Origin: Candidatus Peribacteria bacterium | Lineage (GTDB): Bacteria; Patescibacteriota; Gracilibacteria; Peribacterales; Peribacteraceae | Direction of reading: 5' to 3' | DNA length: 64,000 nt | NCBI GenBank assembly: GCA_023245865.1 | Contig: JAHFJN010000001.1 | Coordinates: 486,722 to 550,721, forward strand | The notes under the pieces: generated by a model | Database searches by the model: none | What the model was told of the DNA's origin: nothing | The model's input: only the letters and a program-made list of their open reading frames with translations | Shown here: in pieces, positions 54,574 through 64,000 of the stretch | Position numbering within the stretch: position 1 is the first letter of the stretch | Layout: every line of letters begins with the position of its first letter | Translations under genes and position numbers: made by a program

Positions 54574-55857
54574 ATGTTAACCCTCGACATCACCACCGCG
54601 CTCGCAAAAATGATCACCCCCTCGCACGGCATCCCCGATGCGGAGATGTTGGCGATCCGCACCTCCATGCGACGGCTCGTGACACAGTGGAGGGAAGAGT
54701 GCGAACGAGGAGAGCACGCGTGGGTTCAGGATCCCTACAATGACGCCATCATCAAGCAGGTGAAGGAGACGGCGAAGCGCATTCGCAGTGAGGGTATTCA
54801 GACCGTTCTCTGGATAGGGATCGGCGGATCGGCCTTAGGCCCGAAAGTGATCCAAGAAGTCTTTGAAACGCCGGACACGATCGAGTTCATTGTGGTCGAT
54901 ACGATCGACCCGAGCGTGCTTGCCTTGTATCTCGACATCATCGACTGGAAACATGCCTGCATCGTCGTCGCGAGTAAGTCCGGCGAAACCCTCGAGACTG
55001 TGAGCACGTTCTTCCTCTTCTGGGAAAAGCTCACGCATGTTCTTGGCAAACAAGCAGCCAGCCGCGTGATTGCGATTACGGATCCCGCGGAAGGATTTTT
55101 GCGCGATTTCTGCGCCGAGCAACTCATCGATATGCTGCCGCTCCCGAAAGAAGTCGGAGGACGCTACTCGATTTTTACACCGATCGGACTTCTCCCCTTG
55201 GCACTGCTCGAAGGGGATGTGAGTAAATTTATTCTCGGCGCGATGGATATGGAGACAGCTTCAAAACAGGAACGCCTCGACGAGAACCCCGCCGCTATGC
55301 TTGCAAGCGTGCAGTATCTGCTCGAGAGCAAGCGCGGGTACGTGATTCGCGTGATCATGCCGTACATCCAACGTCTCGTATCCCTTGCACGCTGGAACCA
55401 GCAATTGATCGCCGAGAGCCTCGGCAAGAATGAAGTCCATAACCCGTTCCCCTTGGCTTCCATCGGAACCCAAGATCAGCATTCCCTCCTCCAACAGTGG
55501 ACCCAAGGCCCCCGCAAATCCTGGCATCTGTTCATTCACGAAACCGAAAAACAGCGCGTGTTCGTGCCCGCAGAAGTGCCGGACGGTTGGACCCATATCG
55601 CCGGAAAGAGCTTCGGACAACTGCTCGACGCCAGCCTCGCCGGAACGAGCCAAGGGCTTACAGCAGCCAAAAGACCATACGTAAGCGTGAGCGTCACCCG
55701 CCTCGACGAGTATCACTTGGGGCAACTCTTTTTCTGTTTCATGGCAGAGGTGGTCCTGCTCGGAAAGCTCTACCGCATCGATCCGTACGGACAACCGGGC
55801 GTAGAAAAGAGCAAGAAATTCACGAAGGAGATTTTGACGCGGGGGAGGGGGGAATAA
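54574..55857 (+). CDS. pgi: glucose-6-phosphate isomerase (short type)
   Basis: ...WIGIGGSALGP..., ...VASKSGETLET... SIS-domain motifs. Start at the internal ATG right after the ruvA stop. Confidence 0.88.
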   Translation: MLTLDITTALAKMITPSHGIPDAEMLAIRTSMRRLVTQWREECERGEHAWVQDPYNDAIIKQVKETAKRIRSEGIQTVLWIGIGGSALGPKVIQEVFETPDTIEFIVVDTIDPSVLALYLDIIDWKHACIVVASKSGETLETVSTFFLFWEKLTHVLGKQAASRVIAITDPAEGFLRDFCAEQLIDMLPLPKEVGGRYSIFTPIGLLPLALLEGDVSKFILGAMDMETASKQERLDENPAAMLASVQYLLESKRGYVIRVIMPYIQRLVSLARWNQQLIAESLGKNEVHNPFPLASIGTQDQHSLLQQWTQGPRKSWHLFIHETEKQRVFVPAEVPDGWTHIAGKSFGQLLDASLAGTSQGLTAAKRPYVSVSVTRLDEYHLGQLFFCFMAEVVLLGKLYRIDPYGQPGVEKSKKFTKEILTRGRGE

Positions 55858-55928
55858 TGGAGAATGGAAAATTGAGAATGGAAAAAGAACAAACAAAGTC
55901 GTATACTTTCATCACTTTCCATCCATCA

Positions 55929-56252
55929 ATGAGTAATGCCGTCACCGACGCCACCTTCGATGCCGATGTCCTCAAGTCCCCTCTCCCAGTCCTTGTGGAT
56001 TTCTGGGCGCCGTGGTGCGGGCCGTGCAAAGCGATGCTGCCGATCGTCGAGGAGCTCGAGAAAGAGTACGAGGGAAAAGTAAAAATCGTGAAGATGAACG
56101 TCGACGAACACACGGTCGTCCCGGGGAACTACAACATCATGAGCATCCCCACGTTCATCATCTTCAAGGGCGGCAAAGTCCTGAACCAATTCGTTGGCGG
56201 ACGGAGCAAGAGCGATATGAAACGTGAGCTCGATGCCGCAATCGCCGCCTGA
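55929..56252 (+). CDS. trxA: thioredoxin
   Basis: VDFWAPWCGPCK active site. ~107 aa from the internal ATG. Confidence 0.93.
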   Translation: MSNAVTDATFDADVLKSPLPVLVDFWAPWCGPCKAMLPIVEELEKEYEGKVKIVKMNVDEHTVVPGNYNIMSIPTFIIFKGGKVLNQFVGGRSKSDMKRELDAAIAA

Positions 56253-56259
56253 CATTCGC

Positions 56260-56511
56260 ATGGTCTTTACGCTCAGCATCATCGGCATGATCGGAGCAAT
56301 CGCGATGCTGAAATATCGCCAGCAAGTGGGAGACATGATGGGAGAAGCGGGGTGGATGAGTGCCTTTGGGGGTGTGTATAATTTCGTCGTCATCCTCGCG
56401 ATCTTCATCTTGTTTTGGAGCATCACGAGTTTAACTGGAACGCAGGACGTGCTCTTCCGTCCGTTTTTGTATCTGTTCCCGGGAGGTGCACGGATGGGGG
56501 TGGGGCAATAG
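56260..56511 (+). CDS. small membrane protein
   Basis: Two hydrophobic helices. Start at the internal ATG (MVFTLSIIGMIGA...). Confidence 0.5.
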   Translation: MVFTLSIIGMIGAIAMLKYRQQVGDMMGEAGWMSAFGGVYNFVVILAIFILFWSITSLTGTQDVLFRPFLYLFPGGARMGVGQ

Positions 56512-56520
56512 AGTTTGTTG

Positions 56521-57579
56521 CTACGTTTTCACGTACCTCGTCCCGCGACCTTGTCCAATGCGCCTGATCTTCTTAAGGACGATAAGCCGATTCAATGCTT
56601 GTCGAACGGTCACCTCGACAATACCCGTGGCTTTGGCAATATCGCCGCGCGATGCTTCATCAACGTGAGAGAGATATTGCCACACCTCATACTGCTTGGG
56701 AGAAAGAATGTCCTCGACTTTCTCTTCTTCAAGGTATGAGAGAGCCTTACTGGCTTGTTCTTTGATGACAGAAAGAAAGAAATTGAGCCACGGATCAATG
56801 GTATCGTGGTCTGTTCTGAATGTCTCCTGCGACTTGCGCAGTGCTATGTAGTATTCGTCCTTGCGATGCTCGATGATTTGTTCATGGGAAACGTACTGCA
56901 CGAAAATGTAACCAGATCGCAGGAGTAAGAGGTTCGTGAGGACGCGTGACAATCGCCCGTTTCCATCTTCAAAGGGATGGATTTTGAGAAACTCGACAAT
57001 GAAGTTCGCAATGACAAGCAGCTGATGGAAGCGGCTTTTCTCCAGAGCTTCTCTCGTCCATTCCACCAGTTCCTGCATTTCCTTTGCGGCGAGGTATGCG
57101 GGTGTCGTCTCGAAGAGAACTTTTACAACCTGTCCATCTGCTCCGAGAACACCTACGGTGTTCTCTTTCTTTTTATACACACCACGATGTGTGCCGTCCT
57201 TCGTGGAATATTTGAGGAGTTGGTTGTGAAGCGAGATGATGACGCTCTCGCGTAGCGCAAGAGTCTCAAAGCTATCGAATACATTCTGAAGCGTTTGAAG
57301 ATAGCCTTGTACTTCTTGCGAGTCCCGATCAGCAAATTTTGACACTGCTAGACCGCGCATGACTTTCTCTACTTCCTCATCGGTGAGTTTTGCACCTTCA
57401 ATACGAGTCGAGGCACCGGCGGATGTGATGAGCGTCGATTTCTTGAGATTGGTGACGGCCTGGGGCGTCATCCGCAAACCTGATTTGAATTCCCCTCGGA
57501 TGCCATCGATCTCGGCGAGGAGAGCAACGATGTGTGGCTCAGGAGTCTTCACCCGTTGATCGAACTTTTGAGCAACCAT
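56521..57579 (-). CDS. Fic-family protein with C-terminal winged-helix domain
   Basis: HPFEDGNGRLSR Fic motif. Confidence 0.9.
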   Translation of the reverse strand: MVAQKFDQRVKTPEPHIVALLAEIDGIRGEFKSGLRMTPQAVTNLKKSTLITSAGASTRIEGAKLTDEEVEKVMRGLAVSKFADRDSQEVQGYLQTLQNVFDSFETLALRESVIISLHNQLLKYSTKDGTHRGVYKKKENTVGVLGADGQVVKVLFETTPAYLAAKEMQELVEWTREALEKSRFHQLLVIANFIVEFLKIHPFEDGNGRLSRVLTNLLLLRSGYIFVQYVSHEQIIEHRKDEYYIALRKSQETFRTDHDTIDPWLNFFLSVIKEQASKALSYLEEEKVEDILSPKQYEVWQYLSHVDEASRGDIAKATGIVEVTVRQALNRLIVLKKIRRIGQGRGTRYVKT

Positions 57580-57733
57580 AGGGATATAGAAGATATATCC
57601 GATAATACTCGATTATATCAGAAGATCAATGAAATGTTTCTGGCCGCCCGAGACGCGGCATGAGAGCATTGAGCGAGTGCTGATGAAAGACTATGCTCAG
57701 TCCACGATCTTTCCATCATCACAATTCTTTCGT

Positions 57734-57809
<76 letters not shown>

Positions 57810-57846
57810 TGACAACTATGCACACTTTGATCTAGTTTGATCAGAA

Positions 57847-57869
57847 AGCGCCACTTGGCGCTTTTTTGT
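57847..57869 (+). terminator. rho-independent terminator after tRNA-Ala
   Basis: AGCGCC/GGCGCT stem followed by TTTTTTGTT. Confidence 0.7.
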
Positions 57870-58067
57870 TGCACTTTGAACAGACTGCACAACTTTGCGC
57901 GACTTTGCATACTCATCGGTTTAAGTCCCTCTAGCTCGACCATTCTTTGTTGGGAACAAGTCTACTAACATCATTTGCTTTCATGCTTCAGGCGAAGCAT
58001 GAATGTCCTGAAACTTGCAAATCAAACACAAGTGATTAAACTTGCAGTTAATTCCTCGTTTTGCTCT

Positions 58068-58343
58068 ATGGCCAAATCTACAACGAAAAAAGTTTTGAAG
58101 GCATTGCTCTATATAGCAATAGGATTGGGTGAGGTTTTTGTTATTTTTATGCTGTTGTCTTTAATAGGTAATTTCCTTGGTCGTCCTCTGGGGTTCGGTT
58201 CTGTCGCCTTAGTTGATCCAACTGATCCGACCCATCAGACCTTTGCGAAAGGGATCTTTGAACATCCATTACTTCCATCGCTGATTTTCGGGGCGATTAC
58301 TTATTTTGTTGTTAAGTTCTTCAGAAAAAACAAAAACGCATAA
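58068..58343 (+). CDS. small membrane protein
   Basis: MAKSTTKKVLKALLYIAIGLGEVFVIFMLLSLIG... has two or three TM helices. Alternative upstream starts at 57975 and 57999. Confidence 0.5.
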   Translation: MAKSTTKKVLKALLYIAIGLGEVFVIFMLLSLIGNFLGRPLGFGSVALVDPTDPTHQTFAKGIFEHPLLPSLIFGAITYFVVKFFRKNKNA

Positions 58344-58447
58344 CGCGAAATCGTTTCAATTCTATTCTGCTCGACCATTCTTTCTCTCGAACCAGTCCAG
58401 TCCACCTGGTTTCTTTAGTATCTCAGTCGATCAAGTGTTCACGCACT

Positions 58448-58609
58448 ATGCCCCCAGACTTCAGAGACAAGTTACCTGAGAAATGGAGAAACTACGATTT
58501 TACCAATGCGATTGGGTTAATGTTGCTGATGAAAGAAATTCAGGATCAGGAACCACTGGATGATCCTAGTGTTCTGAAGATCGATGACGATGGGACGAGA
58601 CTATATTAG
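58448..58609 (+). CDS. possible small acidic protein (53 aa)
   Basis: ATG...TAG ORF found by hand; below the ORF-track length cut-off. Confidence 0.3.
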   Translation: MPPDFRDKLPEKWRNYDFTNAIGLMLLMKEIQDQEPLDDPSVLKIDDDGTRLY

Positions 58610-58616
58610 GGACCTC

Positions 58617-59312
58617 TTACTCCTGGAGATATTTACATAGTTCAATAGCTAAGTTTGTTAACCGACATTGATGGGCAAGTCTTACGCCAGACCTGTCACT
58701 GTGGTCCCTATCACCTATGAGTTTCTTTTTGACAAGATCATCTTCATAAAAGTCCACAATCCCAGCCGATACTAAGTTCTGCGATGCGCCAGCAATGTAG
58801 TCTGGCCATTGATCAGCCCCTCGGCTGCTCTTTTCTACTTCTTCGCGCGTGCGAGTTTTGAAGAGCCGATACGCTGTACCGAGAATAATCAGTTCCTCTG
58901 CATTCAACGTCCTACAAATGCGGAGCAACTGCTGCGGCCGTGGATTTGCCCACTCGGACGAAGGAGATGCTGCCGCCTTCAGAAAAATCTTTTTCATCGC
59001 CTCCGTCCTCTTCTGGTCGGGCTTATCCTTATCCAGTGAATCGAACATTTCCACACGGCACTCTGCAGCTTGTTCGGTTTCTGCGTACTCCGGCTTGATT
59101 TTTCCTTCCTGAACCATTCTCTGCCATTCTCCAGCAACAGCACGAAACCCTCCTTCCTTTTGTTGGTTTTGAATTATTCTGGATACAGTCTTAACCAAGT
59201 CATCTTTTCCTGATGTCAGTAGAGTTGTGAGGCCTGGGACCAGACTGTTCATCGTAAAATCCTTAGCCCGTTGAGTTAGCTTTCCGGCCTTCGGTATCTT
59301 TACTTTAGACAC
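58617..59312 (-). CDS. hypothetical protein, downstream partner of the DUF4145 gene
   Basis: 231-aa ORF, 30 nt downstream of the preceding gene on the same strand. No family recognised. Confidence 0.6.
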   Translation of the reverse strand: MSKVKIPKAGKLTQRAKDFTMNSLVPGLTTLLTSGKDDLVKTVSRIIQNQQKEGGFRAVAGEWQRMVQEGKIKPEYAETEQAAECRVEMFDSLDKDKPDQKRTEAMKKIFLKAAASPSSEWANPRPQQLLRICRTLNAEELIILGTAYRLFKTRTREEVEKSSRGADQWPDYIAGASQNLVSAGIVDFYEDDLVKKKLIGDRDHSDRSGVRLAHQCRLTNLAIELCKYLQE

Positions 59313-59342
59313 TGCTGCATCTTAGCATTTTTTGATCTTTTT

Positions 59343-59933
59343 TCACGCGCTCTCTCGTTGAGTCTTTAGGTGTTCTGCATTCTGTGGCACTTCATAAAAC
59401 TCATGAATCAAGAGTCTTAGAAATGACAATATCTTCTCTGCACTCTCCTTCGTGGCATTTTGCAACTGCTCGTCATCAGGATGAGCACTGAGATTCCCGT
59501 ATTCTCGAATTTCCTCTGCCACCGGATGAAATGCCTTCCGCAATATGTTTTTCTTTATCGCCCAGTCAATGGCATCAACAAGGTTACGCTTCGTGCATCC
59601 CTGCTCCTTAAGACATCTTTGTAAAACCCTGCGACTCATCATCATCGATGCCTTGTACGAGCCAGCATCGAGACATGTTCCCGCTTCATGAAATTCATCT
59701 CGAATTGGTTGTGAAATATTAATGGCAGAATCAATTTCATAATGGCCGTTTGGGAACATTCTTACAAAGACTCCTGTCCTGCCATCGTGAACACGCAGCA
59801 TCAATTTACGACATTCTTGATTGTTGCATCTGAGAATCTTCCAATTTTCGAGAAATGAAGAACCGTTCCATTCAGGATTTGTCATCACATGGGCTGTGCC
59901 GCAGTTTGGACATTTATCAACAACCTCTGACAT
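59343..59933 (-). CDS. Zn-ribbon / DUF4145-domain protein
   Basis: N-terminal CPNCG...CNNQEC ribbon. C-terminal ...GSYKASMMMSRRVLQ...IREYGNLSAHPDD... resembles DUF4145. Confidence 0.65.
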   Translation of the reverse strand: MSEVVDKCPNCGTAHVMTNPEWNGSSFLENWKILRCNNQECRKLMLRVHDGRTGVFVRMFPNGHYEIDSAINISQPIRDEFHEAGTCLDAGSYKASMMMSRRVLQRCLKEQGCTKRNLVDAIDWAIKKNILRKAFHPVAEEIREYGNLSAHPDDEQLQNATKESAEKILSFLRLLIHEFYEVPQNAEHLKTQRESA

Positions 59934-59991
59934 GTTTTGAGTTTACCAGACAGGCTTTCCTCAGCCCAACTTTTGGAATATAGTCGAGGTT

Positions 59992-60372
59992 ATGGAACAA
60001 AAGCCTAAAAAGAAGAATCAATGGTTTGGCAAAATTGAGAGCAGAGAAGATGCCCTCAAAGTTATCAAAGATAGTTCGAATGGTTTCTACGTTATTGCGG
60101 CCATTCAGGCTGGTATTGGTGTGTTTCTTGCTCCTTCAATGATACTGGATGGAGTAATCTATGCTGTTCTAGGCTTCCTATTAAGAAAATTTAACAGCCG
60201 TGTTGTAGCAGTTCTCCTACTACTCTTTAGTGCCTTATCTGTATTTGCAACAGCAAGTAATCAGTTTGGTCGAGGTGGCACAGGAGGTAGCAATATAGTT
60301 CTTGCTGTGATTATCCTTTGGGCTGCCGTTCGTGCTGTACAAGCCACATTCAAACTGCCCAAGTTGAAATAG
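59992..60372 (+). CDS. small membrane protein (126 aa)
   Basis: Three hydrophobic helices after a basic N-terminus. Confidence 0.55.
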   Translation: MEQKPKKKNQWFGKIESREDALKVIKDSSNGFYVIAAIQAGIGVFLAPSMILDGVIYAVLGFLLRKFNSRVVAVLLLLFSALSVFATASNQFGRGGTGGSNIVLAVIILWAAVRAVQATFKLPKLK

Positions 60373-60744
60373 GGAAAAGTTCCAAATCGTTCCCCACAGC
60401 TCATTGACGGCATACATGTTTTCATAGTGTAAGAGCACATTCCATCGCCTGTGGGTTCTTAAGAATAGATCTGACAAAATCCAGTGAATTCCTCAGTGCC
60501 AAGAGCATTTCTGATAGAGTAAGTGCATCCACTTTCAGACGTCTGTCGAGTTCCAAATCGTTCCCTACAGCTCCACCATTCGTCCTTCGACTGTGCTCAG
60601 GATGACATTATTTGCTCGCTCATGGTAGCCAACCGTCAGCCGTCGCCTCAGGGCTATGGCCGACAAGTAGTCAGGAAATCGTACGTGAAAGGTCCGCCTC
60701 CGCTCGCTATCGCGAGGCTACGGTGGACAACCTCCTGCGGAGGT

Positions 60745-60819
60745 TGGAGGTGCCGGTGGGAATCGCACCCACGCATGGGGGTTTTGCAGACCCCTGCCTT
60801 TCTACTTGGCTACGGCACC
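60745..60819 (-). tRNA. tRNA-Cys (anticodon GCA), unusual T-loop
   Basis: Acceptor GGTGCCG/CGGCACC, anticodon loop CUGCAAA, encoded CCA. The T-loop reads TGCGATT (G where U55 is expected). Confidence 0.8.
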
Positions 60820-60828
60820 AACGCCGTA

Positions 60829-61026
60829 TCACTTACCCAGAATATCCTTCTCTTTTTTCAGAGTCACCCCTTTCTGCATGGTAAGCGCAAAGGGGATGCC
60901 CTTGAACTTGATGATTTCCATGAGATACAAGTGGATCGCCCCGCTCAGATCCATCCCGATTTTTTTCAGGATCCTCTGAGCGGATTTCTTGGTCTTCGGA
61001 TCGACGCGGACTTGGATGGTGGACAT
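60829..61026 (-). CDS. RelB/DinJ-family antitoxin (no adjacent toxin)
   Basis: MSTIQVRVDPKTKKSAQRILKKIGMDLSGAIHLYLMEI... is typical DinJ. Confidence 0.8.
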   Translation of the reverse strand: MSTIQVRVDPKTKKSAQRILKKIGMDLSGAIHLYLMEIIKFKGIPFALTMQKGVTLKKEKDILGK

Positions 61027-61125
61027 GGTTTCATGGTAGCAATGCGGTATGACATTGTCAATACATTGTACTACCAACTACTCACTACTCACTTGTCACG
61101 GCGAAGTCTCATCGACGTAGCCGGA

Positions 61126-61686
61126 TCACTGCTTTGCCGCCTGCAGCGTTGCATTTTTGACGATCAGTTGGACCTGCGCGGTGACGGCGTCGTCAACGGT
61201 GACCGGCGTGGCACCCGTGTAACTGTACCCTGCCGAACCCGAAACGATACTGACCTGCGTGAAGCGGGTTTTGGGTTGATCGGCTTGCGGTTGAGCGGTG
61301 AAGGTGTGCATCGTGACCTTCTGGCCGTCGACCGTGATCTGCTCGGTATTCACTTTGGCATACCCCGGCATCGCCTGCACCGACTGCATCGAGGCATTGC
61401 TGTATTCCTCCGCGGTCATCTGCTTGGTGAGCGGTTCGCGGGTCACGGTGACAGTCGCAAACTGACCCGAGACGGGAGCATCCGCTTGGAACGCAACGAG
61501 CACTTCCGGCGGCACACCGCGCGCGTCGAGCTGTCCGCGATCAACGACGTGCCACCCCGCGGGAATACAGGTGCCGACCGTGCCATCGAAGTACACGTTC
61601 GCGCACGCGACGGTGGTCGAGGTCGTACTGCTGCCACAGGCGGCAAGGAGGAACGTAAGGGTGGCGAGGGAGAGGAGGCGGTTCAT
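61126..61686 (-). CDS. lipoprotein of unknown function
   Basis: Lipobox LLAAC after a signal peptide. Confidence 0.7.
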   Translation of the reverse strand: MNRLLSLATLTFLLAACGSSTTSTTVACANVYFDGTVGTCIPAGWHVVDRGQLDARGVPPEVLVAFQADAPVSGQFATVTVTREPLTKQMTAEEYSNASMQSVQAMPGYAKVNTEQITVDGQKVTMHTFTAQPQADQPKTRFTQVSIVSGSAGYSYTGATPVTVDDAVTAQVQLIVKNATLQAAKQ

Positions 61687-61864
61687 CGAGGATGATGATA
61701 GCAGCCCACCGGTCTATGGTCGAGCGCGCCCATTCCTGGGCGCAGCCACGACACCCTGCGGCCAAGCCAACATCCCTGCGGCCAAGAATGGCCGCTCTGG
61801 GTAAATGAAAATCAGGAAATATATAGACATTTTCAAAAATTACATCCTGATATACCTCTCTCCA

Positions 61865-61893
61865 TTGAGCAAAGGTCCGTTTTTTGGTACAAT
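61865..61893 (+). promoter_or_regulatory. extended -10 promoter TTGAGC-17-(TGg)TACAAT
   Basis: The -10 ends 10 nt before ATG 61904. Confidence 0.5.
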
Positions 61894-61903
61894 AATGAGA
61901 TTT

Positions 61904-64000
61904 ATGCGTCGCTTCCTCCTCCAAACTCTGATCACGGCTCTCGGCATCAGCATGCCGGTCGTTGTCTTCGCGGTCAGTCAACTCACCGTGGAAGATTCCG
62001 TCGCGGGACTCGGGCTCTCGGTTCAGGTGAGCGCACTCCCCCCTTCCGCGCACGCCACACTGGCTCTCAGGAACCCTGCAGGGTCTAAAACGGAGATCCC
62101 CGTGACTGCGGACACGAAGGGGGATGTCACCGTGCAGGTACCGGGAACAAAAACGCAGCAAGCCGGCAGCTACGTCTTCACCGTGGAAGAGGACGCAACA
62201 GTTGTTGCAGGACCGGTGACGGCGACGGTGCTTCCGGAATCGCTGGATACGAACATGTCGATGATCCAGAGCTGGTCGCCGCGGATTCGGGCTGACGGCC
62301 GCGACAGCGCCGAAATCACCGCCACACTCCTCGACAAATTCGGAAATCCCTTACCCGGGAGACCGGTCACGCTCGTGAGCAGCCGCACGGACGACCGCAT
62401 CACCGCCCTCACGCCCCAAACAGACGGCAAAGGAATCGAGCATTTTACACTCACAACGCGCACTCCCGGACTCATTGTGCTTCGCGCGATCGATCTCTTG
62501 AGTGGCAAGACGGTGCAAGCGACGGCAGAGATCGAAGCGGGGACTTTGCCGGCGCTCGGCGGGGACGACACGCAGTCCGATACGCGCACATCAACCGAGA
62601 GCTATGCACGCTTCTTCGCGTCGGTCGATGCACTCAACCCGATCATCGACAGCTTCGAAGTGACGACGAGCGATACGCTCCCGATCGGTCAAGAAGCACC
62701 GAAGGTCATCATCCGCGCGATCGATAAGGCGGGGAATACCGTTCAGGGGTACCTCGGCACCGTGGAGTTTCGTTCGACCGACCCGCAGGCGACACTGCCG
62801 AATTTCGGCAGCTATGCGTTCAAAGATCGCGACCAAGGCCAGAAACAATTCCCGCTCGTGCTCAAGTTCCAGACCCCCGGCGAGCAGACGCTGCTCGTGC
62901 AGGACAAAAACGACCACAGCATCACGGGGCAGAAGAAGATCCAAGTCGGAGGCGGCTCTGCGCATGGCGCGGCGGGTATTCAGATCACCAACTACAAAGA
63001 CGGCGATTACGTAAGCACCCTGACGATTACGATCGAGGGCACGGGCCCCAAGTACGCGAATCTCCTCGTCATGGGCGGCGCGCAGGATGCCACCGGCTCC
63101 ACCGATCAAGACGGCAAGTTCTCAATCCCGGTCACGCTCGCGGCCACTCAGCACGAATTTACCATCAGAGTCCGCGACGACGCCGGGCGCAATGACAGCG
63201 GTCCGCTGCATCTCGTTCTCGATCAAGTGCCACCGACCATCGGCACGGTCACGTTTTCGCCCGAGCACCCGGAAGCGAATCAAAAAGTACTGATCGCCGT
63301 GCAAAGTGAATCGAAACTTGGCCAAGTCACGCTCAAACTCCCGACCACCGGCGGTACGTCCGTGCAATCGATCACGCTCGCGGAGAATCCGACTGCGTCG
63401 GGCTCGTATCAAGCGTTCTTCACGGCCCCCGTTGCGGGCGCGTACCAACCGTCGATCAGCGCCATGGACAAAGCGGGCAACGTCACCGAAGTGCGAACGA
63501 CCTTTGCGGTCGGAGCGCAGGGACTCCCCACCGTGCAGAATGTCCGCGCGCAGGCCTCTGTGAATGCGGTCACGCTCGAGTGGGATCCCCTCACCGTGGA
63601 AGCCCTCGACGGGTACCGCATCTACGTGGGCGAGACCGCGCAGAATTTCCTCTACACCCTCGACACCGGGCGCGTCACGACGAAGGCGACCGTGCGCGGA
63701 CTCACACCGGGCAAGACGTACTTCTTCGCGGTGACCGCGCTCAGTAAAAACCTCGAGAGCAAGGAGAAGAGCAAACCCGTGCAGAGCAAAGTGCTGGGAC
63801 TCACACTCGATGTGAAGCCCGGTGAGGGCAGCCTGCACGTGACGTGGTCGAGCTTGTCGACGGATCTGCCCTTGAGCACGTTTATCCTCGAGTACGGCGT
63901 CGAGCCGGACAGCTACACCGAAACACGCATGCTCAACGGAGAACTGCGCGATGTCACCGTACGCGATCTGCTGAACGGCGTCACGTACTACTTGCGCCTG
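61904..64000 (+). CDS. large secreted surface protein with Big_1-like and fibronectin type III repeats (3' truncated by the window)
   Basis: Frame stop-free by hand from ATG 61904 (alternative 61896) to nt 64000, and absent from the ORF track. Signal-like N-terminus, invasin-like Ig segment (...ADGRDSAEITATLLDKFGNPLPGRPVTL...), FN3-like segments (...LEWDPL...GYRIYVG...GLTPGKTYFFAVTA...). Confidence 0.8.
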   Translation, partial: MRRFLLQTLITALGISMPVVVFAVSQLTVEDSVAGLGLSVQVSALPPSAHATLALRNPAGSKTEIPVTADTKGDVTVQVPGTKTQQAGSYVFTVEEDATVVAGPVTATVLPESLDTNMSMIQSWSPRIRADGRDSAEITATLLDKFGNPLPGRPVTLVSSRTDDRITALTPQTDGKGIEHFTLTTRTPGLIVLRAIDLLSGKTVQATAEIEAGTLPALGGDDTQSDTRTSTESYARFFASVDALNPIIDSFEVTTSDTLPIGQEAPKVIIRAIDKAGNTVQGYLGTVEFRSTDPQATLPNFGSYAFKDRDQGQKQFPLVLKFQTPGEQTLLVQDKNDHSITGQKKIQVGGGSAHGAAGIQITNYKDGDYVSTLTITIEGTGPKYANLLVMGGAQDATGSTDQDGKFSIPVTLAATQHEFTIRVRDDAGRNDSGPLHLVLDQVPPTIGTVTFSPEHPEANQKVLIAVQSESKLGQVTLKLPTTGGTSVQSITLAENPTASGSYQAFFTAPVAGAYQPSISAMDKAGNVTEVRTTFAVGAQGLPTVQNVRAQASVNAVTLEWDPLTVEALDGYRIYVGETAQNFLYTLDTGRVTTKATVRGLTPGKTYFFAVTALSKNLESKEKSKPVQSKVLGLTLDVKPGEGSLHVTWSSLSTDLPLSTFILEYGVEPDSYTETRMLNGELRDVTVRDLLNGVTYYLRL

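Larger units (their letters stand above)
57810..60580. mobile_element. tRNA-Ala-linked island (integrase-less), subdivided by serial tRNA 3'-end-like direct repeats
   Basis: Copies of the tRNA-Ala 3' ~26 nt at 57918-57944, 58352-58378, 60379-60405, 60550-60580. Visibly lower GC, and the gene content is all unknown or defence-like. Confidence 0.6.

Noticed and set aside
60523-61695. 390-aa plus-strand ORF (GTG start).
   Set aside because: It runs through the dispersed repeat and tRNA-Cys, and runs antisense to the DinJ and lipoprotein genes. Its composition is Arg/Gly/His-rich junk.

Overview
The window is a gene-dense bacterial fragment that uses the standard code (TGA terminates rplK and other genes). 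By eye, GC is mid-50s percent with a few AT-richer islands; this was not computed. Most of it is housekeeping: tatD, ruvB, ruvA, rplK, rplA, clpC, rpsA, yidD, dcd, dnaX, glyA, gyrA, rsmI, queA, pgi, trxA, trpS, rpmE, maf, spoVG, and five tRNAs (Arg-CCG, Gly-UCC, Val-CAC, Ala-UGC, Cys-GCA). I saw no rRNA, CRISPR array, transposase or integrase. The gene content (T4SS-type pilin, PrgI-like and T4CP-like genes, many small membrane ORFs, weak Shine-Dalgarno usage) suggests a CPR/Patescibacteria-like organism; that is inference only.

Accessory content:
- Three type II toxin-antitoxin loci, one of them an orphan antitoxin.
- A Fic protein and a topoisomerase IB.
- A small AT-rich island next to tRNA-Gly.
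- A 2.8-kb island at tRNA-Ala, delimited by serial copies of the tRNA 3' end and carrying a Zn-ribbon/DUF4145 two-gene module.

Most notable non-coding and organisational signals:
- A two-copy ~165-nt element bracketing a glycosyltransferase gene, with compensatory changes in three helices (candidate new structured RNA).
- A CIRCE-controlled hrcA translationally coupled to a VirD4/TraD-like ATPase instead of chaperone genes.
- A 28-bp GTAG...CTAC perfect palindrome present three times, twice in frame inside queA.
- A membrane ORF inserted between rplK and rplA, flanked by duplicated structured modules.
- 7- and 9-nt phased repeat arrays at gene boundaries.
- Many promoters placed so that transcripts would be leaderless.
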